A DNA stretch of 64,000 bases from Promethearchaeota archaeon (GTDB lineage Archaea > Asgardarchaeota > Lokiarchaeia > Sigyniarchaeales > SOKP01), in contig JBHLNF010000003.1 of NCBI GenBank assembly GCA_048937405.1, forward strand, positions 256,001 through 320,000, read 5' to 3'. Under the pieces are notes generated by a model. The model had not been told where the DNA came from and searched no databases. It worked only from the letters and a program-made list of their open reading frames with translations. Shown here one piece after another: positions 1 through 10,439 of the stretch. Both the position numbers and the translations under genes were made by a program. Each line of letters starts with the position of its first letter. Position 1 is the first letter of the stretch.

Positions 1-1
1 A

Positions 2-388
2 TTGCAGCTTGAATGGTGTATCATGCGAGCATGTACAGAAGATGAAAGTTTAGATGCTGAACAAGATGCTATCTATGAAGCCTTAAATAATTTTGATGCT
101 CTTGGATTTAGTGGAGGTATACTATGTGTAAACGATAAATGTGCTGCTTATACTTTTGGTGAAAAGCTTAATGAAAAAGTTTTAGTGATTCATATTGAAA
201 AGGCTCATATGGAATATGACGGGGCTTATCAAGCAATTAACAATTTTTTCTTAAAAAATAGTTATGAAGAGGCAGTTTATGTTAATAGAGAACAAGATTT
301 AGGTATAGAGGGGTTAAGAAGAGCGAAAGAGTCCTATAAACCTATTCATATGATTAAAAAAAGTATTATTTACAGAAAAAAAATGTAA
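2..388 (+). CDS. DUF2156 / aminoacyl-phosphatidylglycerol transferase-like GNAT-fold protein, 5' end outside window
   Basis: Motifs IHIEKA, GAYQAIN, VNREQDLGIEGLRRAKESYKP typical of DUF2156; ORF runs off the window start. Confidence 0.8.
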   Translation: MQLEWCIMRACTEDESLDAEQDAIYEALNNFDALGFSGGILCVNDKCAAYTFGEKLNEKVLVIHIEKAHMEYDGAYQAINNFFLKNSYEEAVYVNREQDLGIEGLRRAKESYKPIHMIKKSIIYRKKM

Positions 389-507
389 AATAACCCTTAA
401 TAAATTCTTTATAGGATATTTATTCAATGTTATATTATGTATTCTTATAAGTTTAAATCTTTTATATTCTGGAAGAGGAATCTTAAGAAGTTTAAAGGGA
501 TTTAACT

Positions 508-918
508 GTGGTCAAAGCTATTCGAGATTTATGGATTCAAAGATTAGATGGAATTGTTATATTTAGTAGAGTTTTTCATCAAAAAATAGAAGATCAACTA
601 TTTGGAGCCCTCTTAAGCGCTCTTAATTCATTTACTCAGGAGATAGCTGATGGAGAATTGACCAATTTTGAGATAAAAAATATTCGCTTTACAATTATCA
701 AAAGAGAAAACCTTTTCTTTATAGCAAATTCCTCAAAAAAACATAAAGAAAAGAAAATTTTAGCAGAATTGGAGACTATTGCTAAGAGATTCTTAGAACA
801 ATATCCTGAAACAAAAAATCATAATTGGAATGGATGTATTGATGAATATAAAAACTTCGAAAGTAAAATCACGGATACTTTAGAAGATCCAGTTAAAAAA
901 TTCTGGGATGATTTTTAA
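508..918 (+). CDS. Stand-alone longin-like protein (Asgard type)
   Basis: LWIQRLDGIVIF...DQLFGALLSALNSFTQEI...WNG pattern, shared with the domains in 49412..50281, 28002..29672 and 29857..31518. Confidence 0.7.
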   Translation: MVKAIRDLWIQRLDGIVIFSRVFHQKIEDQLFGALLSALNSFTQEIADGELTNFEIKNIRFTIIKRENLFFIANSSKKHKEKKILAELETIAKRFLEQYPETKNHNWNGCIDEYKNFESKITDTLEDPVKKFWDDF

Positions 919-1065
919 GAATTAATCTAAATCACAGAAATACTTATTTGATTGGTTTACTTCTTTCAAAAATAAGAAAGGGAAAATATTGGATTTATAA
1001 ATGTTTACATTAATATATGTGAAATTACTTATAATACTAAAAAATCGAATAATATGTGAAAATTT

Positions 1066-2724
1066 ATGTCAGATGAGGGTTCACAAGAAGAAAAACCAGT
1101 GGGGAGATTAACAGGAAAGACTACAACTCATACAGTTACAGCGGTACTTGAGGGTCCTTCGGTTGAAAGGAATAATTATTTAGTGCTTTATGGGGAAAAA
1201 GATGAAGAAGGGAAAAGGCAATATTATGTATTTTATATTACCGAAATGTGGACAGATGAAAAGGGGCGTATGGCAAAATTGGGAGTACTTGGAGAAAGAC
1301 CAACAAGGCCTTTTGAGATTGGAGCAGATATTTTTATGGCAAAAGAAGAGCAAATTTCAAAAATCTTAGGAATCTTTAATCCCCCAGAAGAATCCCTCTC
1401 CTTAGGAAAGCTAATTGGTTATCCATATGAAGTATATCTATTGATTAAAAATTTTGGCAGAATCTTCATTACTGGAAAATCTGGTTCGGGTAAATCTTAT
1501 ACAATGGGAGTATTATGTGAGGAATTTCTTAAAAAGGGAATTCCTTTAGTTATATTAGATAGACATGGAGAATATGGCTCATTAAAAGTTGCTGGTGAGG
1601 ATTTACCAGAGGGAGAGAGTGAATTTGTTGATAGAATAATAGAATTTTCTGATTTAAAGAAGAATAAGGGTGGAGATGTTGATATTGAATATTTATTTTC
1701 ATTAAAACCTTCGGATATTGTTGCACCTAATCTATGTTGTGTAGTAAATTTAAATGGTATGGCTTTAGAAGTTCAAGAAGCTATAGCAGGAAAATTGTTA
1801 AAGAAGTTATATGATGCAAGTACAACAAGAGGAATTCCTCCTTTCTACTTATTTCTAGATGAAGCCCACTTATTTGCTGGAAAGAAACAAACAGAAACTT
1901 GCGAAGTTGTAAAACTATTTGCTCAAGAAGGTAGAAAATTTGGAGCAAATATAGTTATAGGTACACAACGTCCTCAACTATTAGATACAACAATCAGAGC
2001 TCAAGCAGGAACCTGGGTTGTTCATAATCTTTCTGATATAAGGGATATTGGGATTACAATTTCAAGCGCAGAAGATTTAAGTAATGAAAATAAATCAGAT
2101 ATTTCAGGATTAGACAAAGGACAGGCTATAATCTGTGGAGAAGCTGTTAAAGGAATTCCTTTATTTGTAAAAATTAGAAAGAGAAGAACAAAGCATGGTG
2201 GGGTAAGTTTTAATCCTTTAGATTTTCTCTCAGAAAATACAGTTGAGGAACTTCAAAAACGTAAGGAACGTCTTTTGGGTGGAAAATCTGCCGATGAACT
2301 AGAAACTGGAAAGTCTATGTTTGAAGAGATGTTGGAACCAAAGAAGGCAACCGATTATTTAGATGAGATTGCGGCTCTTAAAGTAAGAATTCAAGAATTA
2401 GAGGATGAGGTCTCACGTCTTAAAGAAAAAGTAGCAAATGTTAAAGAAGGAAAAGATATTCCGCTTATAGCTACAGATGAAACAATAGAAGAATTGCAAA
2501 CTGAAATAAACGTATGGAAAGAGAAATACAATTTCTTGAAAGAAATGGCGGAAAAAGGCGGAGATGACATGATTCCATTAGATGAAGATAGTGAACAATT
2601 ATTAGATTTGAATAATCGAATTATCGAACTTGAAGCACAAGTTAAAAAATATAAATCAAGATCAGATGATGCTTTGATACTAGCAGAAAAATCTATAGCT
2701 GAACTTAAGAAGCGGAAGAAATAA
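1066..2724 (+). CDS. HerA/DUF87-family ATPase with C-terminal coiled coil
   Basis: Walker A GKSGSGKS, LDRHGEY, Walker B LFLDEAH, EGRKFG, TQRP; last ~130 aa heptad-rich. Confidence 0.85.
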   Translation: MSDEGSQEEKPVGRLTGKTTTHTVTAVLEGPSVERNNYLVLYGEKDEEGKRQYYVFYITEMWTDEKGRMAKLGVLGERPTRPFEIGADIFMAKEEQISKILGIFNPPEESLSLGKLIGYPYEVYLLIKNFGRIFITGKSGSGKSYTMGVLCEEFLKKGIPLVILDRHGEYGSLKVAGEDLPEGESEFVDRIIEFSDLKKNKGGDVDIEYLFSLKPSDIVAPNLCCVVNLNGMALEVQEAIAGKLLKKLYDASTTRGIPPFYLFLDEAHLFAGKKQTETCEVVKLFAQEGRKFGANIVIGTQRPQLLDTTIRAQAGTWVVHNLSDIRDIGITISSAEDLSNENKSDISGLDKGQAIICGEAVKGIPLFVKIRKRRTKHGGVSFNPLDFLSENTVEELQKRKERLLGGKSADELETGKSMFEEMLEPKKATDYLDEIAALKVRIQELEDEVSRLKEKVANVKEGKDIPLIATDETIEELQTEINVWKEKYNFLKEMAEKGGDDMIPLDEDSEQLLDLNNRIIELEAQVKKYKSRSDDALILAEKSIAELKKRKK

Positions 2725-2922
2725 TAAAAAATCTAATTAATTTAAGATGTTGAATATGTTCTATCTTTTTTCAATTTTTTAAAAATCTTCGATTTGTTTG
2801 ATTAGGATTATTTGAGAATTAACAGTTGACATTCCGCAATAATCATAATAAAACTTTATAATCACCATAAAAATATTAAATAATTCTAAACTATTCTAAG
2901 GAATTCTGCAAAAATTAAGTTA

Positions 2923-4371
2923 TTATTTGATGAATATATCTTTTTCCTCAATATCCATTATTTCTTTCTCAGTGAATTTCTTTTCTAATTTAATTCGACT
3001 TAGAAAGAATAAGCTTATTAAGTAGAAAAGTCCCATTGACGCCATCGTGAGAGTAATTATAATTGGATTTTTTTCGTTGTTTCCTGTAAGAACTATTCCT
3101 ATTGATAGTGAGGCGAGTGCTTGACCGATTGCCATAATAAAAGCAGCCAGACCAAAATACCCTCCAGAAATTCTTGAAACAGATTCCTCAAAATCAGATT
3201 CTACTTCCCTATCAGCAGCTTCATATACTAAAACGCTTGCTAAAGGGGGATTAAATAATCCCGCGCCATACATAGAACCTAAAATTGTACCCATAGAACA
3301 AATGAATAATACAGTAACAAATTCAAAAGATAATCCTTTAACTAAAAATATTAATTCCATAAAAGAAGCAATCACTAAGGCTAATATACATATTTTAAAA
3401 GTTTTAAGGATTGAATTCTTTTTAAGTAATTTCCGCCAGATATAAAATCCAATAAATTTACTTGAAAATGAAACAATAACATAAATGTAGAATTTAGGTC
3501 CTGTAAACAGGAGAACATAAGTTAGAAAAGGAATCACTAAAGCACCTAAAATTCTACCTGATATCCCATTGAAGAACCTTACACCTAAATATTTTTTGAA
3601 TTTTTTATCACTAAAGGGTGCTCGCATTTGTGTTAAATAATCCCGAACACTAATTCGACTACTTGAAATTTCTAGATTTGAAGAGTTATGAAAACTCTCG
3701 TCGACGGAAAAAAAAGTTATAATAATTGTTATTAATCCAAAAATTGTAAAAATTATTCCTACCCATGGGATAATAGCAAGGATTATCTTTCCTGATGGTT
3801 CCCACCATTTAACATTTTTCGGTTCTGGTAATATGCTCTGCACCATTAATGGAAGCATTAGTGCTAATCCTGATGCAATTATTTGTAAAAAAGTTGTTGC
3901 AGCAGCAATTTTCTGTCTATTCTTATGAGTTTGCGATTGTTCAGTCAACATAGAAAGATGGACAGTTATAATTGATGCTCCTGTTATAGCCTTAATAATT
4001 AATATAATCCATAAAAATAAAGCAGTTGGCAAATATAAGGAATTATTTTGGGGGCATTTCCAAGGAAACCAAACAATAATGCTAGATAATGCCCATAAAG
4101 GTAACCCATACAAAAGATATGGTCGACGTTTTCCATATTTTCCAGGTTTTTTATTATCGGCAAGTATTCCAAAAACTATTGAAGAAATTGCGTTAACAAT
4201 AAGCTGGAAGAAGACTCCTGCCGAAGTTAGGAATGAATCTAAATTAACGGTATAAACATAAAATTGAAATATAAAAGTACCTACCAACATGTTTGCCATA
4301 ATAATACCGAAGTTACCTATGATATATCCTATCAGCGGTTTTCCATGTAATTCTCTTGGGACCTCTACCAT
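2923..4371 (-). CDS. MFS glycoside-pentoside-hexuronide (MelB-like) transporter
   Basis: About 12 hydrophobic segments; GILADNKKPGKYGKRRPYLLYG motif. Confidence 0.85.
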   Translation of the reverse strand: MVEVPRELHGKPLIGYIIGNFGIIMANMLVGTFIFQFYVYTVNLDSFLTSAGVFFQLIVNAISSIVFGILADNKKPGKYGKRRPYLLYGLPLWALSSIIVWFPWKCPQNNSLYLPTALFLWIILIIKAITGASIITVHLSMLTEQSQTHKNRQKIAAATTFLQIIASGLALMLPLMVQSILPEPKNVKWWEPSGKIILAIIPWVGIIFTIFGLITIIITFFSVDESFHNSSNLEISSSRISVRDYLTQMRAPFSDKKFKKYLGVRFFNGISGRILGALVIPFLTYVLLFTGPKFYIYVIVSFSSKFIGFYIWRKLLKKNSILKTFKICILALVIASFMELIFLVKGLSFEFVTVLFICSMGTILGSMYGAGLFNPPLASVLVYEAADREVESDFEESVSRISGGYFGLAAFIMAIGQALASLSIGIVLTGNNEKNPIIITLTMASMGLFYLISLFFLSRIKLEKKFTEKEIMDIEEKDIFIK

Positions 4372-4664
4372 ATCAATATAAAGTGTATATTAATAATTAA
4401 CTTTTCGATTTCGCAAAGAATAAATTAAATTAGTAGAAATTTTTAAAGAAATTTCTAATCTTCTTTTTTATCTCTTGTCATTTCTAAACTTTTTTTCATT
4501 ACAATTCTATAACTGATAAATCGGGTTATAGAATTTAAGTGTATAATTTTAATTTAAGTATTTTTACTAATATAATTTGAATTTCCTTTTCTTTGTTTTA
4601 TTTAACTTAATGTATTATTTGCAATTAAAAATTTTAAATTAGATTAAGTCTTATTTTTGTAGTA

Positions 4665-5705
4665 ATGAGTCAAAACCAGATATTGTGTGTTACTTACTTT
4701 GATCAAGTAATTGGCCCTAGTTTTCTTTATTCCAGTGAACCGTTAATTGAATCCATTGATATTCCCGATATTAATAGGATCCTTGAATTTAATGAAGAAG
4801 AAGGGACATTCATTTTTGCATATAGAAAATATCAAACGGTAAATCATATTTTTTATATAGATTCTGATTTAGCACGAGGAGGAAGAGAATTAATGATGAT
4901 TTCATATATGATCAAGACTGCTATCTTTAAAGATGAAATTGTAGATGTTTTCAAGTATTTGGACTCGAAAGGACCAATTTTGGAGGATTTTGCCTTGGAG
5001 GTTAAAAATATAAAAGATCTAACCTCCTTCTTACATGAGAAGAAGAGTGGGTTGACTGGTGATTTTTTGCTAGAACTCGCTAATAATAATTTAAAGAGCA
5101 TATTTTTGGAAATTTTTAATAAATACTTTGCAAAATTAGCTCCTAAATACCGATTAGAAACCCCAATTAAAGATAGACGTCTGATCAAGAAAATATTTAT
5201 TGTTGGGGCTCCAAGAGTAGGAAAGACTACATTTTTGAAAAATATTGAATTAATTCAATTTTTGAATATAAAAAGAAATGATTTACCAAGTAGAATTTTT
5301 GAAGTAGTTGTTGAAAACATTGATATCTTAGATTATGATCCTAATTCAAGTGAGTTTGAATGTAAGGAATTTGAAAATTTAGAAAACTGTGTAAATTTCT
5401 CACAAGGTTTTATTCTCCTTTTTGATTTATCTGATAAGCATTCAGCATTAAGAACAAAAGAAATTTTTCAAATTGTCGATAATACACGATTGGAAATGCA
5501 AAGACAATTAGCACCAATTTTAATAATTGGAAATAAATTCCACAGTGAGAAAGAACTTGATCCAAAATTTATTAATGAAACCTTTGAAATTGAAAAATTA
5601 AAAGAACTTGGAGTTAAAATTAATTATATTCCCATAAATATTTTGAAAGAAGATGAAAAAATGATGAATGCTTTACGATGGCTAATAATTAATATATTAG
5701 AGTAG
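4665..5705 (+). CDS. uDENN/longin (folliculin-like) domain fused to a degenerate Ras-superfamily GTPase
   Basis: N-term FDQVIGP and HIFYIDSDLARGG; C-term G1 GAPRVGKTT, GFILLFD, ILIIGNKFH. Confidence 0.7.
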   Translation: MSQNQILCVTYFDQVIGPSFLYSSEPLIESIDIPDINRILEFNEEEGTFIFAYRKYQTVNHIFYIDSDLARGGRELMMISYMIKTAIFKDEIVDVFKYLDSKGPILEDFALEVKNIKDLTSFLHEKKSGLTGDFLLELANNNLKSIFLEIFNKYFAKLAPKYRLETPIKDRRLIKKIFIVGAPRVGKTTFLKNIELIQFLNIKRNDLPSRIFEVVVENIDILDYDPNSSEFECKEFENLENCVNFSQGFILLFDLSDKHSALRTKEIFQIVDNTRLEMQRQLAPILIIGNKFHSEKELDPKFINETFEIEKLKELGVKINYIPINILKEDEKMMNALRWLIINILE

Positions 5706-5841
5706 TAATTATAGAAAAAAAATTCAATTTTAGACTTTTTATCAATAATATGGACATCCAACAAATCTTTTAAATTATTATAAATATATTAAATAAAAGC
5801 AATAAAGCATTCTGACTCAAATAATTTCATAAAAGATAAAG

Positions 5842-6192
5842 ATGGGAATCAAAGGTATTGGATGGGGAATAATTTTCTTAATTACTGCAGTGATCTATTC
5901 TGCAATTCCTACTTATTTAATAATAAGATTTTGGGTTTGGTTAAACGGTTTTCCGGTATATACGTTATCATTATTCATGCTATTTTTATGGATTGTAGCT
6001 ATAATTGTTGTTTTAATATACATTGTAGCGATGATAAGAGCTTTTATTCAAAGAAATAATGAAGAAGGTTTAGGTATACCAAAAGGAGTTAAAGGATTTG
6101 GATTAGTTTCAAGTATAATCGTTCTCTCATTTATGTTGATTTGGTATTTTATTTTTAACCAGATTGCTTTTTTCTCTATGATACCTACTTAA
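5842..6192 (+). CDS. Small membrane protein (about 3 TM), unknown function
   Basis: 116 aa, three hydrophobic stretches, ATG start. Confidence 0.7.
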   Translation: MGIKGIGWGIIFLITAVIYSAIPTYLIIRFWVWLNGFPVYTLSLFMLFLWIVAIIVVLIYIVAMIRAFIQRNNEEGLGIPKGVKGFGLVSSIIVLSFMLIWYFIFNQIAFFSMIPT

Positions 6193-6218
6193 AAAATTTT
6201 AAAAGTAGAAAATATTAC

Positions 6219-6346
6219 TTAAGGATCTCTTCGATATTTACCAGATTTTTGAGTTGCTTCAATCAATGATTTTACATCCTGGATTTTTCAGCAGGGTGCA
6301 TATTAGCTACGAAGAATATCAAATCATCATCAGTAGATTTAGGCTT
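6219..6346 (-). pseudogene. Possible frameshifted 3' relic of a uroporphyrinogen decarboxylase/MtaA-family gene
   Basis: Minus strand reads ...LIFFVANMHPAEK, then after a one-base shift in an A-run IQDVKSLIEATQKSGKY..stop, resembling the C-terminal helix of that family; no upstream body. Confidence 0.25.
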
Positions 6347-6453
6347 AATAATTACTTTAATGTAAAATTTATAAATATTCAAAGGATATATGTCTATATC
6401 CATTAAAAAATATGAATATATTAAATCCAATATAATATTCTTTGTGATTTAAA

Positions 6454-7542
6454 ATGTCTGTCGAATATGGTGGGCAGTTTTTTAAAGTTATTAATAAAAA
6501 AAGTTCGCTAATTCTTGATTTAAGTAATCAAGGAATAAGAGATATATCTGAAATTAAGGGGCTTGATAATCTTGTAAATTTAAGATATCTTAATCTTAAT
6601 AAAAATCAAATTACTGAAATTAAGGGTCTCGATAATCTAAGGATATTAGAGACTTTATCACTAGAAAACAATAATATTTCCGAGATTAAAGGTCTTGATA
6701 ATTTAAATTTATTACAGCATCTGTTACTCAATGGAAATAATATTACTGAGATTAAAGGTCTTGGTAATCTTTCAAGTTTAAAGAGAATTGAACTACAAGA
6801 TAATCCAGTTAGGGCTTCTGCAAAAGAGATGTTTGGAAGATATTGGTCAAATCCACAACCTATGGTAAAATATTGTCAACAAAAGGTTCCAGAGATTAGA
6901 GAACATGAAAAAGTTAAAAAATCAAAAGAAGAAACAATTCAATACCTCAAAAATTTACCATCTATATATGAGGAAATAACATTTGAAGAAATTAGCTTAA
7001 AAACAGGCTATAGTAAAAGAGAACTTAAGGCTTTAACTGAAGATTTAATTTTAAAAGGAGATATACCAGGGTCAATTAGAGAAAATATTATAATATTTAA
7101 GAAAGAATTATTAACGGAAGCTCTGCAAGAAGAAACTATTCCCATAGAAAAACAAAGTAAAAAAATTTTTGTAAGTTATGCTACAAAAGACGCGGAATTA
7201 TTCAAAATAAAGGAAATCGCAAAAGGTCTTAGAATTTATGATGAGATAGAGGAGGTTCTTTATTATGAAGCAGAATCATATGATAATTTTGTTAAATATA
7301 TGAACGATAATCTCGGTAGATGTGATGTGGTACTCCTATTTTGCTCTCCAAATTCATTAGAATCTGGACCAGTTGAAAAAGAGTGGACTGCTGCGGATGC
7401 AATGAACAAACCTATTATTCCAGTATTTATAAGAGCGGATCATATTCCTCCACTTTTAAAATCAAGGTTAGGTGTTGAATTTGATACTTTTAATATGGAA
7501 AAAAATATTGAAGAGATTTATAGGATAATAATGAAAAGATGA
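6454..7542 (+). CDS. LRR - PCI-like winged helix - TIR domain protein
   Basis: Five 22-aa SDS22-type LRRs (EIKGLDNL); YEEITFEEIS...LILKGDIPGSI winged helix; TIR motifs IFVSYAT, DVVLLFCSPNSLES, VEKEW, PIIPVF. Confidence 0.85.
   Translation: MSVEYGGQFFKVINKKSSLILDLSNQGIRDISEIKGLDNLVNLRYLNLNKNQITEIKGLDNLRILETLSLENNNISEIKGLDNLNLLQHLLLNGNNITEIKGLGNLSSLKRIELQDNPVRASAKEMFGRYWSNPQPMVKYCQQKVPEIREHEKVKKSKEETIQYLKNLPSIYEEITFEEISLKTGYSKRELKALTEDLILKGDIPGSIRENIIIFKKELLTEALQEETIPIEKQSKKIFVSYATKDAELFKIKEIAKGLRIYDEIEEVLYYEAESYDNFVKYMNDNLGRCDVVLLFCSPNSLESGPVEKEWTAADAMNKPIIPVFIRADHIPPLLKSRLGVEFDTFNMEKNIEEIYRIIMKR
6508..6810 (+). repeat. 66-bp-period coding tandem repeat (LRR units)
   Basis: Recurring gaRattaaRggNctYgRtaat units at 66-bp spacing. 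Confidence 0.85.
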
Positions 7543-7689
7543 GTAATTTCAGTAAAATTACAAGTAAGATTTTCAAAATCTTTTTAGAGATAGTTATTCT
7601 TAATTTCTAATGTTATTATTCTTATAATAATACTATTAGAATAAAGAGAAAAAAAAACCTAAAGGATTAAAAAAGATAGTAGAATAACT

Positions 7690-7899
7690 TTATTCTTTTC
7701 TAATCATAATAATTAATATAATAATTATTAACACTTCAAAAATGATACCGAATGTAAGCATTATAGCGAAAACTAGTTCAATGTCAACGTTTGGGTTTTC
7801 TGGATCAACAAGAGCGGGATTAATTATAAACGCCAAAAAATTAAAGATTGCAATAATGACTAAAAGTATAACAATAATTTTATCTGGTTTTTTCCACAT
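7690..7899 (-). CDS. Small 2-TM membrane protein
   Basis: 69 aa, two hydrophobic helices; AGGTTGTGA upstream on the minus strand. Confidence 0.6.
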   Translation of the reverse strand: MWKKPDKIIVILLVIIAIFNFLAFIINPALVDPENPNVDIELVFAIMLTFGIIFEVLIIIILIIMIRKE

Positions 7900-8051
7900 T
7901 TTAAATCACAACCTAATTTGCTTATATAATTAATATTGAATTTGCAAATTATTTACTTTATCAATATAGAATTTTATTTAAAAGTTCCCAAAATTGTCTA
8001 TTTTTATACTAGATATTTCTTTAAGTTTTGATTGTATTCTTATTTTTTTGG

Positions 8052-9260
8052 TTAATTTAGCAAGATTTTCAAGATTCTGAGAATAAATTTTGGATTTTTC
8101 ATAATAAATTTGAAAAAGAAAGAAATTACGAAAGGTACTTTTAGTAGTTGATAGAGGATAGCTTTTGGAAAGTCCATATCTCCATATAAAGAAATTTTAT
8201 TTTCAATTTTAGCAGATTTTATTATTTGAAGCAATTTTTCAAAATCATCATTTGTAAATTTTTCCAATACAGACCGAATTAAATAATGGATTTTTAATTC
8301 TCTTCCTATAATGGATCTACATGGATTTTCATAATATTTTTGAATAATCTTTTTTGAGAATTTACTATATTTAAAGCATTTTTTAACACAGCTTGTCGCA
8401 TACTTTGCTGCAATTAATAGCATTACAATTCCACCTCCTGTACTAGCTTTAACTTGACACGCAGAATCACCTAACAATAAAATGTTATCAAATGAGAGTT
8501 TATTCATTAAACCATAAGGTATAAGCCCTCCTTGCTGATCGATTTTTTGACGAGAATTAATATTAATTCTTTTTAGAAAAACCTGAAAGTTCTTTGCAAT
8601 GTTTTTTGAACATGCCAAACCAATACGATAGATTTTTCTTCCTTCAGGAACAATCCAACCAAATAATTCTTTCCATCTTTTATCAAAAAACATTGTAGCT
8701 TCATTTTCATCAAATTGCGCTTCGATACGAATTTGAGTAGCAAATAAATTCCTATTCTTTATACCTAGCAATCCTGCTACTGACGACAAAGGTCCATCAC
8801 ACCCAATAAGCATATTAACTTTAATCTTTCTCTTTGAAGTTTCGACGAGTATATATTTTTGCTGAGCATCCTTTATATATTTGAAATTTTTGAATTTTTC
8901 TCCAAGCAAATATAATATATTTTCGTTCAGTTTTACTTTATTATAGAATAAACGATCAAAAGCTATTCTATCGATAATATATGGTTTTTCATTTCCTGAT
9001 AATTTAATATAAGTTCCTGTTGGACCAATAATTTTGGCAGTTTTTACTTGATTCAATATGATTTCATGAGGTAAATTAACTAATTTACTTAATTTTTGAG
9101 AAACTATCCCTGCGCATTGAAAAGGCATTCCAATCTCTTCATGTTCTTCAATAACTATAATTTTCAAATCTGTATTAGATAGTAAATAGCATAAATAGTT
9201 TCCGGCTAAACTTGCTCCAATGATAGCTAAATCGAATTTCTCTATGTTTTGAATCATCAA
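8052..9260 (-). CDS. Geranylgeranyl reductase family FAD oxidoreductase
   Basis: IIGASLAG dinucleotide motif, QCAG, GCDGPLS, FGWIVP, LLGDSACQVKASTGGGI. Confidence 0.85.
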   Translation of the reverse strand: MMIQNIEKFDLAIIGASLAGNYLCYLLSNTDLKIIVIEEHEEIGMPFQCAGIVSQKLSKLVNLPHEIILNQVKTAKIIGPTGTYIKLSGNEKPYIIDRIAFDRLFYNKVKLNENILYLLGEKFKNFKYIKDAQQKYILVETSKRKIKVNMLIGCDGPLSSVAGLLGIKNRNLFATQIRIEAQFDENEATMFFDKRWKELFGWIVPEGRKIYRIGLACSKNIAKNFQVFLKRININSRQKIDQQGGLIPYGLMNKLSFDNILLLGDSACQVKASTGGGIVMLLIAAKYATSCVKKCFKYSKFSKKIIQKYYENPCRSIIGRELKIHYLIRSVLEKFTNDDFEKLLQIIKSAKIENKISLYGDMDFPKAILYQLLKVPFVISFFFKFIMKNPKFILRILKILLN

Positions 9261-9413
9261 AAGAAATAAGTAATGTAAAAATTAGAATTTTATCAATTAA
9301 GCATTATATACAATAAATATTTAGTAATATAATATTAGATTGTAATTTTATGAATGTTGAGTCCTTAAAGATAAATTTAGATTGTTAGAAAAATAGATTT
9401 GACTAGTTAAAAC

Positions 9414-10439
9414 CTAGAATTTTAAGTATTTTTTTTCGTTTTTTGGGATTGAACGTAATCCTAAAGAGAGCATCATTCCATATACAACTGCTAAAGTAAT
9501 ATTCCTAAAAAGAGGATGACTATCATAAGGTAAATCAATTCGAGGTATAAAAACTGGAAGAATCTTTTCAACAATGTATTTAGTTTCAGGTTTCTCATTG
9601 TGATATTTTATAATGAGCGATTTAAATTTCTTCATAAGATTTTTATGTTCTAAAAGGATTTCATGAACATTCTTTTGTCCATTAATAATACCGAAATGGC
9701 CAAAACCTGCCATTAAAGGATTAAGTTTAAGAATATTTTCTAATGTGTTCATATAATCTTCATGATTATAATAGACAGGCATAGATGCAGGCATAGTTAA
9801 TAATTTAGAACTATGATAAAGTGTTCCTACTGCTTCTCCTAAAAATATAAAATCAATTAAATTATCTTTAATAAAGATTGGAGTTTGATGATCTGGAGTA
9901 TGACCAGGAGTTTTTAATATTGCTAATTTTATTTCTGATCCATTGATAGTAAATTTATCAATAATATCTAATATATTCGGATTAGAACCAAAATTTAAAC
10001 TTGGATCAATAATTTTAAATGCCTCATCTTCTATAGGTTTCATTTCACCAACAAAATTTCCATATGTACTTCTTCCACGATTCAAATGGTACTCAAAATC
10101 ATTTAAAAGTGCTTTAGTTTTTAAATTGGTGAGAATTTTTACATCTGGATTGTACTTTTTAATTTCCTCATATAATTTCCACATTCCACCATTATGATCG
10201 AAATGATGGTGAGAAGGTATCAAATACTTAAATGATGATAAAGAAATATGACTTTTTTTGAAGAATCTTAGTCCTTTTTCAACATCTAAAGATGATCCAC
10301 AATCAAGTAAAACAGAATAGTTATCAAATTCTCCTAAAAACACAGATAACATCCTGTTAGCCCCATAGGCTTTCATATCTATGTGATAGAGATATTCATT
10401 AACTTTTCCTGATCTAAGAATTCTGGTTTCTTTCTCCAT
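9414..10439 (-). CDS. Metallo-beta-lactamase-fold hydrolase
   Basis: SHHHFDHNGG, TPGHTPDH, GFGHFG. Confidence 0.9.
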   Translation of the reverse strand: MEKETRILRSGKVNEYLYHIDMKAYGANRMLSVFLGEFDNYSVLLDCGSSLDVEKGLRFFKKSHISLSSFKYLIPSHHHFDHNGGMWKLYEEIKKYNPDVKILTNLKTKALLNDFEYHLNRGRSTYGNFVGEMKPIEDEAFKIIDPSLNFGSNPNILDIIDKFTINGSEIKLAILKTPGHTPDHQTPIFIKDNLIDFIFLGEAVGTLYHSSKLLTMPASMPVYYNHEDYMNTLENILKLNPLMAGFGHFGIINGQKNVHEILLEHKNLMKKFKSLIIKYHNEKPETKYIVEKILPVFIPRIDLPYDSHPLFRNITLAVVYGMMLSLGLRSIPKNEKKYLKF

